From: Candidatus Latescibacterota bacterium
GTDB taxonomy: Bacteria > Latescibacterota > UBA2968 > GCA-2709665
Assembly: GCA_965116875.1 (NCBI GenBank)
Contig: OZ220733.1
Coordinates: forward strand, 960,001 to 1,024,000
DNA: 64,000 nt
Direction: 5' to 3'
Made by a program: the position numbers and the translations under genes
The notes under the pieces: model-generated
What the model saw: only the letters and a program-made list of their open reading frames with translations
What the model was told of the DNA's origin: nothing
Databases searched by the model: none
Part shown: piece by piece, positions 19,701 to 29,460 of the stretch
How the letters are laid out: each line of letters opens with the position of its first letter
How positions within the stretch are numbered: position 1 is the first letter of the stretch

Positions 19701-19910
19701 AACAGTCTCGGGGAACCGCAAGGGCGGCTGGCCGGGAAGGTGGACGACGGGTGGCGAATCGACCGCGAGGGTAGAGTACCGTTGACATCCAAAGACTTCC
19801 CGGTGGCCGACGGCGATAGCGGTCCCCGGTATACGGTCGCGATGGTCGGGACGGGCGATTGGCTGGAGATACCGGATCTGGTGCTGTATTCAGACGGCGA
19901 TGGTTCCTGA
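16761..19910 (+). CDS. Heparinase II/III family protein (polysaccharide lyase-like)
   Basis: GNYGMHQ, DGMPHESLSYN, HRHFDQLNI, LLTDIGYP, TVAHNTVVVDE; upstream TTGACA-N17-TATTTG at 16633. Confidence 0.82.
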   Translation: MFEFIAASVTMEALAAGMILAILAGSAQTAHATDSRTYYTDARMDVARHNLEHYAWAREHKAEIIGKAEHWARYEDAKLRTLVSPPEVPRGYQVHNDGCPVHGVRVHEQGLYRWIIDFDRPYKVTCPVGGETYPSNDFEAFLATGMKDRSLLTGPYADDGWGWHRPGDPVPANYWFVAYYAHWSMMRFLMEAIEVLGQASVLADDEGDAKRYAHKCALLLWQLAEYYPDYKYERQSRESKEHNPEYTGKLFNRIWETRPPHTCAIAYDAVRPFLDTDRELQCLVGRTGPEIDATIQDRLLRESARCIMDASGGRIRGNYGMHQKALLTLAQVMATSESRPRSKEMVQYVLANPDPVMATDMGLRDALENLVYRDGMPHESLSYNRIWVDDLTELAALMVETGVNLFEHPRYRKLVTWAFDVCIAGKFTPSTGDSGDMFAYGGAWQPSVCQFALPYVNDARLAWVLKTQPDARQDLFGTPVETQLSQLPEGDEPEIGLRSFHFPAYGMANLQCGDETNRSAVSFFYGDHQAHRHFDQLNILFFSHDNALLTDIGYPEQTDAFNHRLAGFFTNTVAHNTVVVDEARQGRGPGRLHGLVAEGFAQAVDASCEGAYEGKVDLYRRANMLVEASRGRHYLFDVFYVNGGRQHDYLLHGNQAEFSCRPSLGPVRETGTLAGEDVPYEQFYDDPELRDKRLSSVPYSGYRGSGYQFLYNVQTGRLNAEATAEWRLTEPLDGQPERPWRGIGLRAHLIGRNEELFACDGPVQKYRYLPESVKFLVRRRSGANLSSRFATVFEPYKDRPWVRRATRIELTPEGFGATAVRVEMEDGCVHYLFHALDAEETHTLENGIEVAGQMAFLALDERGRPVRAMLFNGSMLATDGLRLEGRGVRRSRIASVDYRRATIELADAVIEDSLRPGQAIPVVSAGYSDCVTFSKVTDRRRFSIGEEDVNVAGGPVLDVRADRILTSASNPHAHVGMTVLNSLGEPQGRLAGKVDDGWRIDREGRVPLTSKDFPVADGDSGPRYTVAMVGTGDWLEIPDLVLYSDGDGS

Positions 19911-20914
19911 TGACAGGCAGGCGGAAGACGATCACCGCGCTCGAAGAGGTACGTCGCAGGGGCGCGGCATGGCTGTTAAGGCATCGGAACGCGGACGGAT
20001 CCCTGGGTGACCCGGCGGAGGGCTTTCATTTCTACCGGGCGCCGTGGACGTTTGCCATCCTGGGCGAAACCAGGGCCGCGGCGGCGGTGTGCGACTGGTT
20101 CCGGCGGGAGATGTTGACCGCACAAGGCAGGATCGAGGGGCCCTACCGCGTGTTCGACGACGCGTACGCCTACCGGAATGCCACGCTGATCGTCGGCGCG
20201 CATCTCGCAAGGCAGTACGATCTGAGCCATGGGCTGATGCCGCACCTCCTGTCGTGGCAGGATCGGGAATCGGGTGGTTTCCATAACGACCGCATGGCCG
20301 ACGGCGGCATGAGCGACCGTATGGATGTGCCATACGCGTGCGGTCCGGGACTGGCGTGTCTGTCGACCGGCCGCCTGGAGATCGCACGGTCGGTTTACCG
20401 GTTTCTGCGGCGGATTGACTCGGCGCAGGCGGATTTGCCCGAGCGGTTCTATTACGCCTGGTCCTGTAAAAAAGGCGGCGCGATTACAGATTTTCCGGAT
20501 GACGATGCCTTCTGGCACGTGGTGGAGAACCGGGTGGACCGGCCGCAGCGCTGGACCGTCGGCGGCATCGCGGCCGGATTCCTGTGCCGGCTGTACCTGG
20601 CGGACCCGCGCCCCGAATACCTGGCGCTTGCGCGGCGCTATCAGGCATTCTCGATGGCGGCGACGGACGCGCAGTTCAAGTACGCCCAGGCCTGCAAGAG
20701 CAGTTGGGGCAGTTCGCTTTTGTACCAGTTGACCGGCGACGGCACGTACCTTGCGTGGGCATGCCGCATGGGCGAATGGTACATTCAGACGCAGCAGCCG
20801 GAGGGTTGCTGGTACTGGCCCGGATACGAGACATTGGGCTCCCGCATCGAACTGACGCTGGAATTCGTCATGCACGTGGACACGCTGATCGGCGGCCTGA
20901 CGTCCCGGACGTGA
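19910..20914 (+). CDS. Hypothetical protein, probable (alpha/alpha)-barrel (prenyltransferase/squalene-oxidase-repeat-like)
   Basis: WLLRHRNADGSL, LLSWQDRESGGF and YIQTQQPEGCW QW-like repeats; translationally coupled to the upstream gene. Confidence 0.6.
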   Translation: MTGRRKTITALEEVRRRGAAWLLRHRNADGSLGDPAEGFHFYRAPWTFAILGETRAAAAVCDWFRREMLTAQGRIEGPYRVFDDAYAYRNATLIVGAHLARQYDLSHGLMPHLLSWQDRESGGFHNDRMADGGMSDRMDVPYACGPGLACLSTGRLEIARSVYRFLRRIDSAQADLPERFYYAWSCKKGGAITDFPDDDAFWHVVENRVDRPQRWTVGGIAAGFLCRLYLADPRPEYLALARRYQAFSMAATDAQFKYAQACKSSWGSSLLYQLTGDGTYLAWACRMGEWYIQTQQPEGCWYWPGYETLGSRIELTLEFVMHVDTLIGGLTSRT

Positions 20915-20926
20915 GGAGCATGCGTC

Positions 20927-21940
20927 TTGCGAGTGCTTGTGACCGGTGCGACAGGGCGAATCGGACGGCATCTGGTGGATGCGCTTGCCGAGGCCGGGCA
21001 TGCCGTGCGGGCGCTGGTATTGCCGCGGGACGAGGCGGCCGCCGATCTGGCGCCGGACGTGGAAGTCGTCTTCGGACGGCTCGAGGAACCCGCCTCGCTC
21101 GGACCCGCCGTGGACGGCATGGACGCCGTTTTTCACCTCGCCGGCGCGCTCACGTCACGAGGTTGCCGCGAAGAGGAATTCGTCCGGGTGAACGTCCAGG
21201 GCACGTTTCATCTCCTGAAAGCAGTCCGCGACCGGACACGCAAACCGGCTCACTTTGTCTACGCCAGCAGCGATGCCGTCTATTTCGAAAGGCCGGATGA
21301 GGACGCCCGCTACCTGCCGGTGGACGAAGACTATCCCCTGATGTCCGGTTCGGTCTACGGCGCCAGCAAGATTGGCGCGGAGGAACTCTGTTGGAGCTTC
21401 AGCCGCGGCTTCGGAATTCCCGTAACGGTCCTGCGCTTCGGAGCAACAGCGGATGCCGCGGAACTGGTCGATCCGGAAAGCGTATTTGCGCGCTGGCTGT
21501 TTCTGCGCGCGGCGATCGTCCACACCAGAGCGACGACGATGGCGACCGGAATGCAGCTGGAGACGTTGTCGGCTCTGAAATCGCTCGATACCGGTGGCGA
21601 GCAGCTTGTCGTCTACGCGGATTGCAACGGGCATCCGGAGATCCGGCAGTGGGCCGACGCCCGTGATATCGCCGCGGGATGTGTCCGTGTGCCGGGAACG
21701 GCGGCTGCGGTGGGAGAGGTATTCAATATGGGGGGATGCGAACCGTATTGCGCGGAGGAGTTCGCCGGCTTTCTGTCCTCGCGACTGGGGCTGCCGTACG
21801 TAAAGGCCTGCATTCCCACCTCACGACGTCCCTGGTATATTACCAGCGGCAAGGCGGAACGATTGCTAGGATATGAAGCCAGGTACACGGTGTACGATAT
21901 GGTGGAGGACGCAGTACGGACGCGGGAGACGCCGGTATGA
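20927..21940 (+). CDS. NAD-dependent epimerase/dehydratase
   Basis: VLVTGATGRIG, FHLAG, VNVQGT, ASS, YGASK. Confidence 0.9.
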   Translation: MRVLVTGATGRIGRHLVDALAEAGHAVRALVLPRDEAAADLAPDVEVVFGRLEEPASLGPAVDGMDAVFHLAGALTSRGCREEEFVRVNVQGTFHLLKAVRDRTRKPAHFVYASSDAVYFERPDEDARYLPVDEDYPLMSGSVYGASKIGAEELCWSFSRGFGIPVTVLRFGATADAAELVDPESVFARWLFLRAAIVHTRATTMATGMQLETLSALKSLDTGGEQLVVYADCNGHPEIRQWADARDIAAGCVRVPGTAAAVGEVFNMGGCEPYCAEEFAGFLSSRLGLPYVKACIPTSRRPWYITSGKAERLLGYEARYTVYDMVEDAVRTRETPV

Positions 21941-22704
21941 ACCTTGCGTGCTGTGCATGGGTGCTCGAGGGCCCGGAAACCGCGATTGCCGCACGGGTGG
22001 CCGCGCTGGGGTTCGAGTGGATCGACGTAAGGCCGTTTGCTTTTTCTTCTCACGGAGCACGGCGGAAAATCCGGGAGCGCGGACTCGCGGTTTCCTGTAT
22101 CGCGGCATCGTTCGGCATGCCGGAAGGCGCCCGGCTGAGCAGCCCCGACCGGGACTCCCGATCTGCAGCTGCGTCCCATCTCGATCGGGCGCTGGACTTT
22201 GGCGCAACACTGGGCGCATCAGCCGCGTACGTCGTTCCGGATGAAGACCGGTCGTCTCTGGGCAGATACGCCGCGGAATTGAGAAAGCTGGCCGAACGGG
22301 GCAACGAGCTGGGCGTGCGGGTGTGCGTGGAACATTTCCCGGGCACCGCGCTGCCTACCGCTTCGGGGACAATCGCGTACCTGAGGGAAGTTGGGCATCC
22401 CAACCTGTTCCTGCTTCTGGACATCGGCCACGCTCAGATGTCCGGCGAAGACCCCGCCGCGGCAATCTCGGACGCGGGACCGCTGCTGGGGTACGTCCAC
22501 CTGGACGACAATGACGGTACGCGCGACCTGCATCTGGGCCTGACGGACGGCATTCTGACCGAAGCAGCGCTGGCCGATACGATTTCCGCCCTTGCCGATA
22601 TCGGTTACCGTGGGAACCTGAGTCTTGAGTTACATCCTGAATTGCCCGATCCGTTCGATGCGCTCAAGCGAAGCCGGGAGATCGTTCTGGACGCGATGGG
22701 GTGA
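21937..22704 (+). CDS. Sugar-phosphate isomerase/epimerase (xylose-isomerase-like TIM barrel)
   Basis: VEH, LLDIGHAQ, YVHLDDNDG..DLHLG, GYRGNLSLE. Confidence 0.85.
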   Translation: MNLACCAWVLEGPETAIAARVAALGFEWIDVRPFAFSSHGARRKIRERGLAVSCIAASFGMPEGARLSSPDRDSRSAAASHLDRALDFGATLGASAAYVVPDEDRSSLGRYAAELRKLAERGNELGVRVCVEHFPGTALPTASGTIAYLREVGHPNLFLLLDIGHAQMSGEDPAAAISDAGPLLGYVHLDDNDGTRDLHLGLTDGILTEAALADTISALADIGYRGNLSLELHPELPDPFDALKRSREIVLDAMG

Positions 22705-22769
22705 CAAGCGGACTTCCCGCGAAATCGACGGAGCAACGTCAACAACCAGACACGAGAGAAGAGGCCAGA

Positions 22770-23876
22770 ATGCGAATAGACAGCGAGAGCGTCTACCTGT
22801 TTCGAGCCGGTATTACGGGAAACGAGGCGCCGTTCGAGGCATACAGGGACCTTGCCCACGCGGCATTGCGGCGCGTTGACCTTGCGCTGCCGGAAGACGG
22901 AACAATACTGCTCAAGCCGAATGCGACAGTCCTGTTCCCCGCGGAGAAACGAATTGTAACCCACCCGGGATTTCTGGCCGGCATCGTCGACGCGCTCGTG
23001 GAGAAGGGCGTCGGCGCCGGCAGGCTGGTGGTTGCGGACGGACAGTCCGGGGAACAGCCGGAAAACGGAAATACATGGAAGGGCGCCGGGTACACGAAGA
23101 TGGCGGACAGCCGAAAGTTGACGTTAACCGAGTTGAACGACCGCCCCAGCCGGAATGTCCCCGTGCCCGGCGGGGTGGTATTCGAAGCCTATCCGATATA
23201 TCGGGAGGTGACGGACTGCGCATTCTTCTTCAATGTGCCGCTGGCGAAATGCCACAACCTCGGATGCACGACCCTGGCAATCAAGAACCTGATGGGTATC
23301 CTGGCGCGGCCGGAACGCCATCTGTGTCATATACAGGACGTTGACCGGCCGCACGAAAACGGGATCTGGCGGCTGACCGACAGCGGACTGAGTCTGTTCG
23401 AAGACCGGTTCTACCATAAATTGTGCGATCTGCTTTCCGCCCTGCGTTCGCTGGACACTCCCCGGCTTTGCATGGTGGACGGGCTTATCGGGCGAGACGG
23501 CACCGCGTTCAACGAAGGCGAGAATCATCCGCTGGGATGGACGCTCCTCGGGGAGAACGAGGTGCACGTGGACGCGGTTGCGACGTATCTGATGGGCCTG
23601 GACCCCGAGACGACACCCTATCTCAGATTTGCGGCCCTGCGCGGACTGGGCAGCAACAGGCCGGATGAGATCGAGGTGATTGACCTGGCCAGCGGCGAAT
23701 CGATGGATATGCCGATGCTGGAGGAGGTCCGTTCAGGAAAAGCATTGATGCCGATCGCCCGTTACGAGGGCGGCTATTATGATCGGTATCGGGCCGACGG
23801 TTCCGTTGTGCCATGGCGGATTGACGACGTGAACAGGCAGCGGTCGGCGGATGGATTGGAGCCCGTTGCGTTGTAG
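22770..23876 (+). CDS. DUF362 domain protein
   Basis: ILLKPN, VTHP, NVPLAKCH, TLAIKNLMG, DAVATYLMG. Confidence 0.85.
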   Translation: MRIDSESVYLFRAGITGNEAPFEAYRDLAHAALRRVDLALPEDGTILLKPNATVLFPAEKRIVTHPGFLAGIVDALVEKGVGAGRLVVADGQSGEQPENGNTWKGAGYTKMADSRKLTLTELNDRPSRNVPVPGGVVFEAYPIYREVTDCAFFFNVPLAKCHNLGCTTLAIKNLMGILARPERHLCHIQDVDRPHENGIWRLTDSGLSLFEDRFYHKLCDLLSALRSLDTPRLCMVDGLIGRDGTAFNEGENHPLGWTLLGENEVHVDAVATYLMGLDPETTPYLRFAALRGLGSNRPDEIEVIDLASGESMDMPMLEEVRSGKALMPIARYEGGYYDRYRADGSVVPWRIDDVNRQRSADGLEPVAL

Positions 23877-23916
23877 ACCGGGTGAACCCCGAGAATCCCC
23901 ATACGGGTGGCGGAAG

Positions 23917-26283
23917 ATGAACCAGCCCTCAGAAGCACCTGAATACAGGATGCCGCCGGAAGAGGTCGCGGCGCTGCTGGACGCGCCGAGAACGCCGGAC
24001 CTCATCGTCGACCCCGTTGGAGGGTGGATCCTGATGCTCGCGAAGCCGGGCCTGCCGCCCATATCCGAACTGGCGCGGCCGGAGTTGCGGCTCGCGGGCC
24101 TTCGCATCGACCCCGCCGCCAACGGTCTGAGCCGTTCGGGGTATTACACGGGTCTCACGCTGAAGCGAATCTCGGATGGCACGGAACGCCCGCTGAAGGG
24201 CTTACCGGAAGACTGCCGCATCGGATCGCCGCAATGGGCGCCGGACGGGAGCCGTGTTGCCTTTACGGTTCGTGACGAATCGGTGATCCGGCTCTGGTGT
24301 GCCAGCGTGGACTCGGGCGTGGCGCGGCAGGTGTCCGATATCGGGCTGAACGGAATCTTCGGCGCGCCGTTCGCCTGGATACCCTCCGGACCGGACGGCA
24401 TCCCTTCGCTGATCGTCCGGGCTGTTCCCGCACAACGGGCCGAAGTACCCGAAGCGCCTCAGGTTCCCGGGGGCCCTGAGATCCGGGAAAATACGGGCCG
24501 GCCGGCGCCGTCTCGAACCTGGCAGGACCTGTTGAAGGAGGCGCACGACGAAACGCTCTTCGAGTTCTATGCGACGTCCCGGCTGGTTGCGATCACACCG
24601 GACGGCGGTCAGCGGGACGTGGGCGCGCACGGAATCATCCGACGGGCCGAGCCCGCGCCGGGAGGCGCCTTTCTGCTCGTGGAGACCCTCCACCGGCCTT
24701 TTTCGTACCTGGCGCCCCACTTCCGGTTTCCTGTACGCGTCGAAGTTCGGGATATGCGGGGCCAGGTCGTTCGCGAACTGGTCGATGCGCCCCTGGCGGA
24801 GGATGTACCCATCGCTTTCGATGCCGTACGCGAGGGTCCGCGCTCTTTCCGGTGGCGCAGTGACGCGACGGCGACGGTGTGCTGGGTGGAGGCGCAGGAT
24901 GGCGGCGACCCGGCCGTTGAGACGGACGCGCGGGATCACGTGTACGCGCTGTCCGAACCCTTCGATCGCGAACCCGCGTTGTTGCAGTCTCTCGAGTTCC
25001 GGTTCGCCGGATTGACGTGGGGCGACGGCGCGATGGCGCTGGTGACCGAGCGCTGGTGGAAGAACCGCCGGACCAGGACCTGGCGGTTTGCCCCGGACGG
25101 CGCATCCAATGACCGTAAACTGCTCTTCGACAGATCGTGGGAAGACCGCTATGGCGATCCGGGAACGCCTCTGCTGGCGCCAAATCCTGCGGGGCGGAGG
25201 GTGTTGTTGGCGGGCGACGGCGGCCGGCACCTCTTCCTCGCGGGCGGCGGGGCGTCTCCTGAGGGGGATTTCCCGTTCCTGGACCGGCTCGACGTGAGCA
25301 CGAACTCGACAGAGCGGATGTGGCAATGCGAACCGCCGTATTATGAACAACCCGTCAGATTGATCGATAGGGACGATGGCCTGCTGTTGACGTTGCGTGA
25401 AACGGCCCAGAGCCCTCCAAATGTGTTCCTGCGGTCCCTTGAGACCGGAGATGTCCGGAAACTGACGGAGTTTCCCCACCCGGCGCCGCAGCTGCGGGAA
25501 GTGCGGAAGGAAATCATCCGTTACCGGCGGGCGGACGGGACCGGCCTGAACGGCACCCTGTATCTGCCGCCAGGGTATTCCCCTGGCCAGGATCCGCTGC
25601 CCCTGCTGATGTGGGCGTACCCGCGTGAGTACAAAAGCGCAGACGCCGCCGCTCAGGTGAAGGGCTCCCGGCATCGCTTCACTCACGTTTCCTGGACGTC
25701 GCCGCTGCCCTGGCTGACGCAGGGTTACGCGGTCCTGGACGGGCCATCCATGCCGATCGTGGGAGAAGACGGCGCGGAAGCCAACGATTCGTACGTCACC
25801 CAACTGGTATCCAGCGCCGAGGCGGCGGTGGAGGAAGTTGTGCGCCGGGGTGTTGCGGACCGTGAACGCATCGCGATCGGCGGACATTCCTACGGCGGGT
25901 TCATGGCGGCGAATCTCCTCGCGCACAGCGATCTGTTCAGGGCGGGAATCGCCAGGAGCGGTGCATACAACCGGACGCTTACGCCATTCGGTTTTCAGTC
26001 GGAAGAGCGTACGCTCTGGCAGGCGCCGGACGTCTATTTTGCCATGTCGGCATTCATGCATGCGGACAGGATCACAGCGCCGTTGTTGTTGATTCATGGC
26101 CAGGCCGACAACAACTCAGGGACGTTCCCCATGCAGAGCGAGCGGCTTTACAACGCGCTGAGGGGTCACGGAGCGACAACGAGACTCGTGATGCTGCCCC
26201 ACGAGAGCCACGGTTACAGCGCGCGTGAATCGGTCATGCACGTGTTCCGGGAGATGACGGACTGGTTGGCGCGCCACCTGTGA
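23917..26283 (+). CDS. S9 family prolyl oligopeptidase / glutamyl peptidase
   Basis: GGHSYGGFM, ARSGAYNRTLTPFGFQ, HGQADNNSGT, LPHESHGY. Confidence 0.93.
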   Translation: MNQPSEAPEYRMPPEEVAALLDAPRTPDLIVDPVGGWILMLAKPGLPPISELARPELRLAGLRIDPAANGLSRSGYYTGLTLKRISDGTERPLKGLPEDCRIGSPQWAPDGSRVAFTVRDESVIRLWCASVDSGVARQVSDIGLNGIFGAPFAWIPSGPDGIPSLIVRAVPAQRAEVPEAPQVPGGPEIRENTGRPAPSRTWQDLLKEAHDETLFEFYATSRLVAITPDGGQRDVGAHGIIRRAEPAPGGAFLLVETLHRPFSYLAPHFRFPVRVEVRDMRGQVVRELVDAPLAEDVPIAFDAVREGPRSFRWRSDATATVCWVEAQDGGDPAVETDARDHVYALSEPFDREPALLQSLEFRFAGLTWGDGAMALVTERWWKNRRTRTWRFAPDGASNDRKLLFDRSWEDRYGDPGTPLLAPNPAGRRVLLAGDGGRHLFLAGGGASPEGDFPFLDRLDVSTNSTERMWQCEPPYYEQPVRLIDRDDGLLLTLRETAQSPPNVFLRSLETGDVRKLTEFPHPAPQLREVRKEIIRYRRADGTGLNGTLYLPPGYSPGQDPLPLLMWAYPREYKSADAAAQVKGSRHRFTHVSWTSPLPWLTQGYAVLDGPSMPIVGEDGAEANDSYVTQLVSSAEAAVEEVVRRGVADRERIAIGGHSYGGFMAANLLAHSDLFRAGIARSGAYNRTLTPFGFQSEERTLWQAPDVYFAMSAFMHADRITAPLLLIHGQADNNSGTFPMQSERLYNALRGHGATTRLVMLPHESHGYSARESVMHVFREMTDWLARHL

Positions 26284-26310
26284 AAAGAGCTCGATAGAGG
26301 ATGGACGGGA

Positions 26311-27726
26311 ATGACAGACAACGCATGTACGACGAAGCGGTCTTCAGATCCGGACACGGCGTTGGTCATCGGAGAACTCCGTTCGTTACTGGGCGACAGG
26401 ATAAAGACGGACGCGGATATCCGTGAAATCCACGCGGGGGACGCTTCGTACCATACGCCCATGCTGCCGGATGCCGTGGTCTTCCCCCACTGCAACGAGG
26501 AAGTGTCGAAGATCGTGAAATGCTGTGCGCGGTACCGGACGCCGGTCGTGCCGTACGGGACCGGAACGGCCGTGGAAGGCGGCATCGTACCCGTACGGGG
26601 CGGCGTCTGTATCGATTTGAGCCGCATGAATCGTATCTTAAGAATTGGCGAGACCGACCAGGATGCAACGGTGGAGGCCGGGGTTACGAGGAAGCGGCTC
26701 AACCGGCATCTGGCGGAAACGGGGACGGGACTGTACTTTCCGGTGGATCCCGGAGCGGACGCTTCGCTGGGCGGCATGGCGGCGACCCGGGCGTCGGGCA
26801 GTGCGGCGGTGGGATACGGAACGATGAGGGAAAATGTCCTGGCGCTGAAGGCCGTACTTGCCGACGGCAGCATCATCCGGGCCGGAGGAAGAGCGAGGAA
26901 ATCGTCAGCAGGCTATGACCTGGCGCATCTGCTCGTGGGCTCCGAAGGCTCTTTGGGCGTAATAACCGAGGTGACACTGAAGCTGGCAAGGGTCCCTCAA
27001 GCGGTATCCGCGGCGGTATGTGCGTTTCCGGATATTTCGTCGGCGGTAAATGCGGTTCTTGAAATGACGTCGGCGGGAATTGAAATGGCGCGAATCGAAC
27101 TCCTGGACGACATTCAGATGGGCGCGATCAACGCCTATTCGGGCTTTGACTACAAAGTGGCGCCAACCCTGTTTTTCGAGTTCCACGGTTCCGAATCGTC
27201 CGTTGCCGAGCGTGTCGCGGCGGCCAGACCGGTTGCGGACAGGCACGGCGGTGAAGACTTTCGCCGGGCGAACGGACAACGGGAACGTGACAGGCTCTGG
27301 CAGGCGCGGTACGACGCCTATTACGCGTCACGGACGATGCGTCCGGGCTCCGTGGGGTTCGTGACGGACGTGTGCGTTCCGGTTTCAAGACTGGCGGATT
27401 GTATTCTCAGAACCAAAGAAGAACTGAAGTCGTCGACACTGATTGCGCCCCTGTTCGGTCACGTCGGCGACGGGAATTTCCACGTCGTTTTCCTGATCGA
27501 TCCGGATTGCCCCGAAGAGCTTGCCGAAGCCCGGGGATTCGGCGAACGGATTGTCCGGTTCGCCCTGGAAATGGGTGGAACCTGCACGGGCGAACACGGA
27601 ATCGGCATGGGCAAACTGGCCGCACTGGAGCAGGAGCATGGCGAAGGCGTAAAGGTCATGCGGGCGATCAAGAAAGCACTCGACCCTCTCAACATCATGA
27701 ATCCGGGCAAGGTCGTGGAGATTTGA
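26311..27726 (+). CDS. FAD-linked oxidase, D-lactate dehydrogenase/GlcD type
   Basis: PYGTGT, PVDPGA, KSSAGYDL, GSEGSLG, GHVGDGNFH, TGEHGIG, DPLNIMNPGK. Confidence 0.92.
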   Translation: MTDNACTTKRSSDPDTALVIGELRSLLGDRIKTDADIREIHAGDASYHTPMLPDAVVFPHCNEEVSKIVKCCARYRTPVVPYGTGTAVEGGIVPVRGGVCIDLSRMNRILRIGETDQDATVEAGVTRKRLNRHLAETGTGLYFPVDPGADASLGGMAATRASGSAAVGYGTMRENVLALKAVLADGSIIRAGGRARKSSAGYDLAHLLVGSEGSLGVITEVTLKLARVPQAVSAAVCAFPDISSAVNAVLEMTSAGIEMARIELLDDIQMGAINAYSGFDYKVAPTLFFEFHGSESSVAERVAAARPVADRHGGEDFRRANGQRERDRLWQARYDAYYASRTMRPGSVGFVTDVCVPVSRLADCILRTKEELKSSTLIAPLFGHVGDGNFHVVFLIDPDCPEELAEARGFGERIVRFALEMGGTCTGEHGIGMGKLAALEQEHGEGVKVMRAIKKALDPLNIMNPGKVVEI

Positions 27727-27757
27727 GCTTGCAAATGGCCGGGGAAAAATCAGCCAA

Positions 27758-27838
27758 TTTGAATAATTATTCTTGACTTTTGATTTTTTTTGCGTTATTT
27801 TTAGAATATTATCCGGTAAATTGGAATAAAATTCCATG
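27758..27838 (+). promoter_or_regulatory. arg operon promoter with ARG boxes
   Basis: TGAATAATTATTCT (27760-27773) overlaps the -35 of TTGACT-N17-TATTTT; a second palindrome TGGAATAAAATTCCA (27822-27836) lies at the argR start. Confidence 0.75.
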
Positions 27839-28300
27839 GGCAACAAACAGGAACGTCAACGGCGTATTCTAAGCGTCATCGCATCCCGTTCAATCGGGAC
27901 GCAGAAGGCATTGTCCGATGCGCTCAGCGCCTCCGGAATTCCCACCACACAGTCCACGCTCTCGAAGGACCTGAAACAACTGGGTATCGTGAAGGCGCCC
28001 GACGGCGCGGGAGGTCTCCGCTATCAGGCGCCTGCAGGCGAATCCCGACGCTATGGCAGTGGATCGGATCTGCTCGCGAGAGAATTGCGGGATTTCGTCG
28101 TAGAAACGGGTGGAGCCGGGCATACGCTCGTGTTGAAGACGATGACCGGACATGCGCAGGGTGTGTGCGAAGCGATCGACCGTGCGGGATGGACCGAGGT
28201 TGTGGGAACGATCGCCGGGGAGAATACGATATTCATCCTGTGCCAATCCGTGGAAAAACGGGAATTGCTGAAAGAGCGGATCCTTGAGATTTCCCAATGA
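27836..28300 (+). CDS. argR: Arginine repressor
   Basis: TQSTLSKDLKQLG wHTH, LVLKT..GHAQ, VVGTIAGENTIFI. Confidence 0.95.
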   Translation: MGNKQERQRRILSVIASRSIGTQKALSDALSASGIPTTQSTLSKDLKQLGIVKAPDGAGGLRYQAPAGESRRYGSGSDLLARELRDFVVETGGAGHTLVLKTMTGHAQGVCEAIDRAGWTEVVGTIAGENTIFILCQSVEKRELLKERILEISQ

Positions 28301-28459
28301 TCGGGCCGGAAGGGTCAATCGCATGGCAGGCGATGCGGCGATACGGATGACGGCGACGTCAAAAATACAGGCAGCGAAGTACGAAGCGCTGCCGCGGCCG
28401 AATGTTTCGGGACCTCCCAACCGGGAGGGCATCCCCGGCGGACCCGTGGGAGGGCGCCC

Positions 28460-29407
28460 GTGGCTTTGAACGTCGGCATTTTCGGCGATACCGGGATGGT
28501 CGGCCAGGAGATCGAACGGGTACTGGCGCATCACGATCGGGCCGAGGTCGGCTTCCGGCAGAATTCCAGGCGCAGGGAAGGCGCCCTGGACGAGTGCGAA
28601 GTCGTATTCCTGGCCACCAAAGACCCTGAATCGATGCAGTTCGCGCCGCAGGCGCTGGACGCGGGCGCAAGGGTTATCGATATGAGCGGTGCTTTCCGAT
28701 TGCCGAGGCGGCTTTTCGAAGCCGGATACGGGCTGGACCACCTGGCGCCGGAGCTTCTTGAAGAGGCGGTCTACGGACTGCCCGCGCTGTTTGCCGACCG
28801 GATTTCCGGCGCGCGGCTGGTCGGTAATCCCGGCTGCTATCCGACCACTGTAATCCTGTCGTTGAATCCGTTGAAGGGAATGGTGCAGGGGGAAGCGACG
28901 GTCGTGGCGACGTCGGGGATTTCCGGCGCCCGCCGGGAGGTGGAACAGGAGCCCGACGAGGTAACCTACAGTTTCGGCAGGCATCACAAACATGTTCCGG
29001 AGATGGAATACTATTCCGGTTTTCGCGTGAACTTCACGCCCATCGTTCTGCGTTCCGTATTCGCGGGCATCAATGCCAACATTCGGATCGAACTGGCCGA
29101 CAGGCTCAAGACGGTACCGGCGCACGAGGCCGGGAGGCAGCTGATCGAGGCGATCGCGTCCGCGTATACGAATGAGGATCTTGTCTTTCCGGTGGAGGAT
29201 TCGGAGGACAAACAGTGGGGCACGCGCGACGTCGTGGGAACGCACAAGCTGGCGATCAAGGTGCGAGTAGACGACGGGTATGCCTATATCTGCGCCATGG
29301 AAGACAACCTGGGCAAGGGCGCGGCCAGCCAGGCGATCGAGAATATGAACCTGATGTTCGGGATACCCAGACTCTGCGGAATTGACGGCGTTTACAGTAC
29401 GGGCTGA
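28460..29407 (+). CDS. argC: N-acetyl-gamma-glutamyl-phosphate reductase (short form)
   Basis: GDTGMVG, IDMSGAFRL, YGLP, GNPGCYPT, SGISGA, HKHVPEM, DNLGKGAASQA. Confidence 0.93.
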   Translation: MALNVGIFGDTGMVGQEIERVLAHHDRAEVGFRQNSRRREGALDECEVVFLATKDPESMQFAPQALDAGARVIDMSGAFRLPRRLFEAGYGLDHLAPELLEEAVYGLPALFADRISGARLVGNPGCYPTTVILSLNPLKGMVQGEATVVATSGISGARREVEQEPDEVTYSFGRHHKHVPEMEYYSGFRVNFTPIVLRSVFAGINANIRIELADRLKTVPAHEAGRQLIEAIASAYTNEDLVFPVEDSEDKQWGTRDVVGTHKLAIKVRVDDGYAYICAMEDNLGKGAASQAIENMNLMFGIPRLCGIDGVYSTG

Positions 29408-29460
29408 ACCGTCGGCGGGCACGGACGGGCCACAGCCGTCCGGCAATGCGGGATTGTGCG

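Noticed and set aside
28301-28459. T-box riboswitch upstream of argC
   Set aside because: No T-box consensus (AGGGTGGNACCGCG) and no U-tailed terminator.
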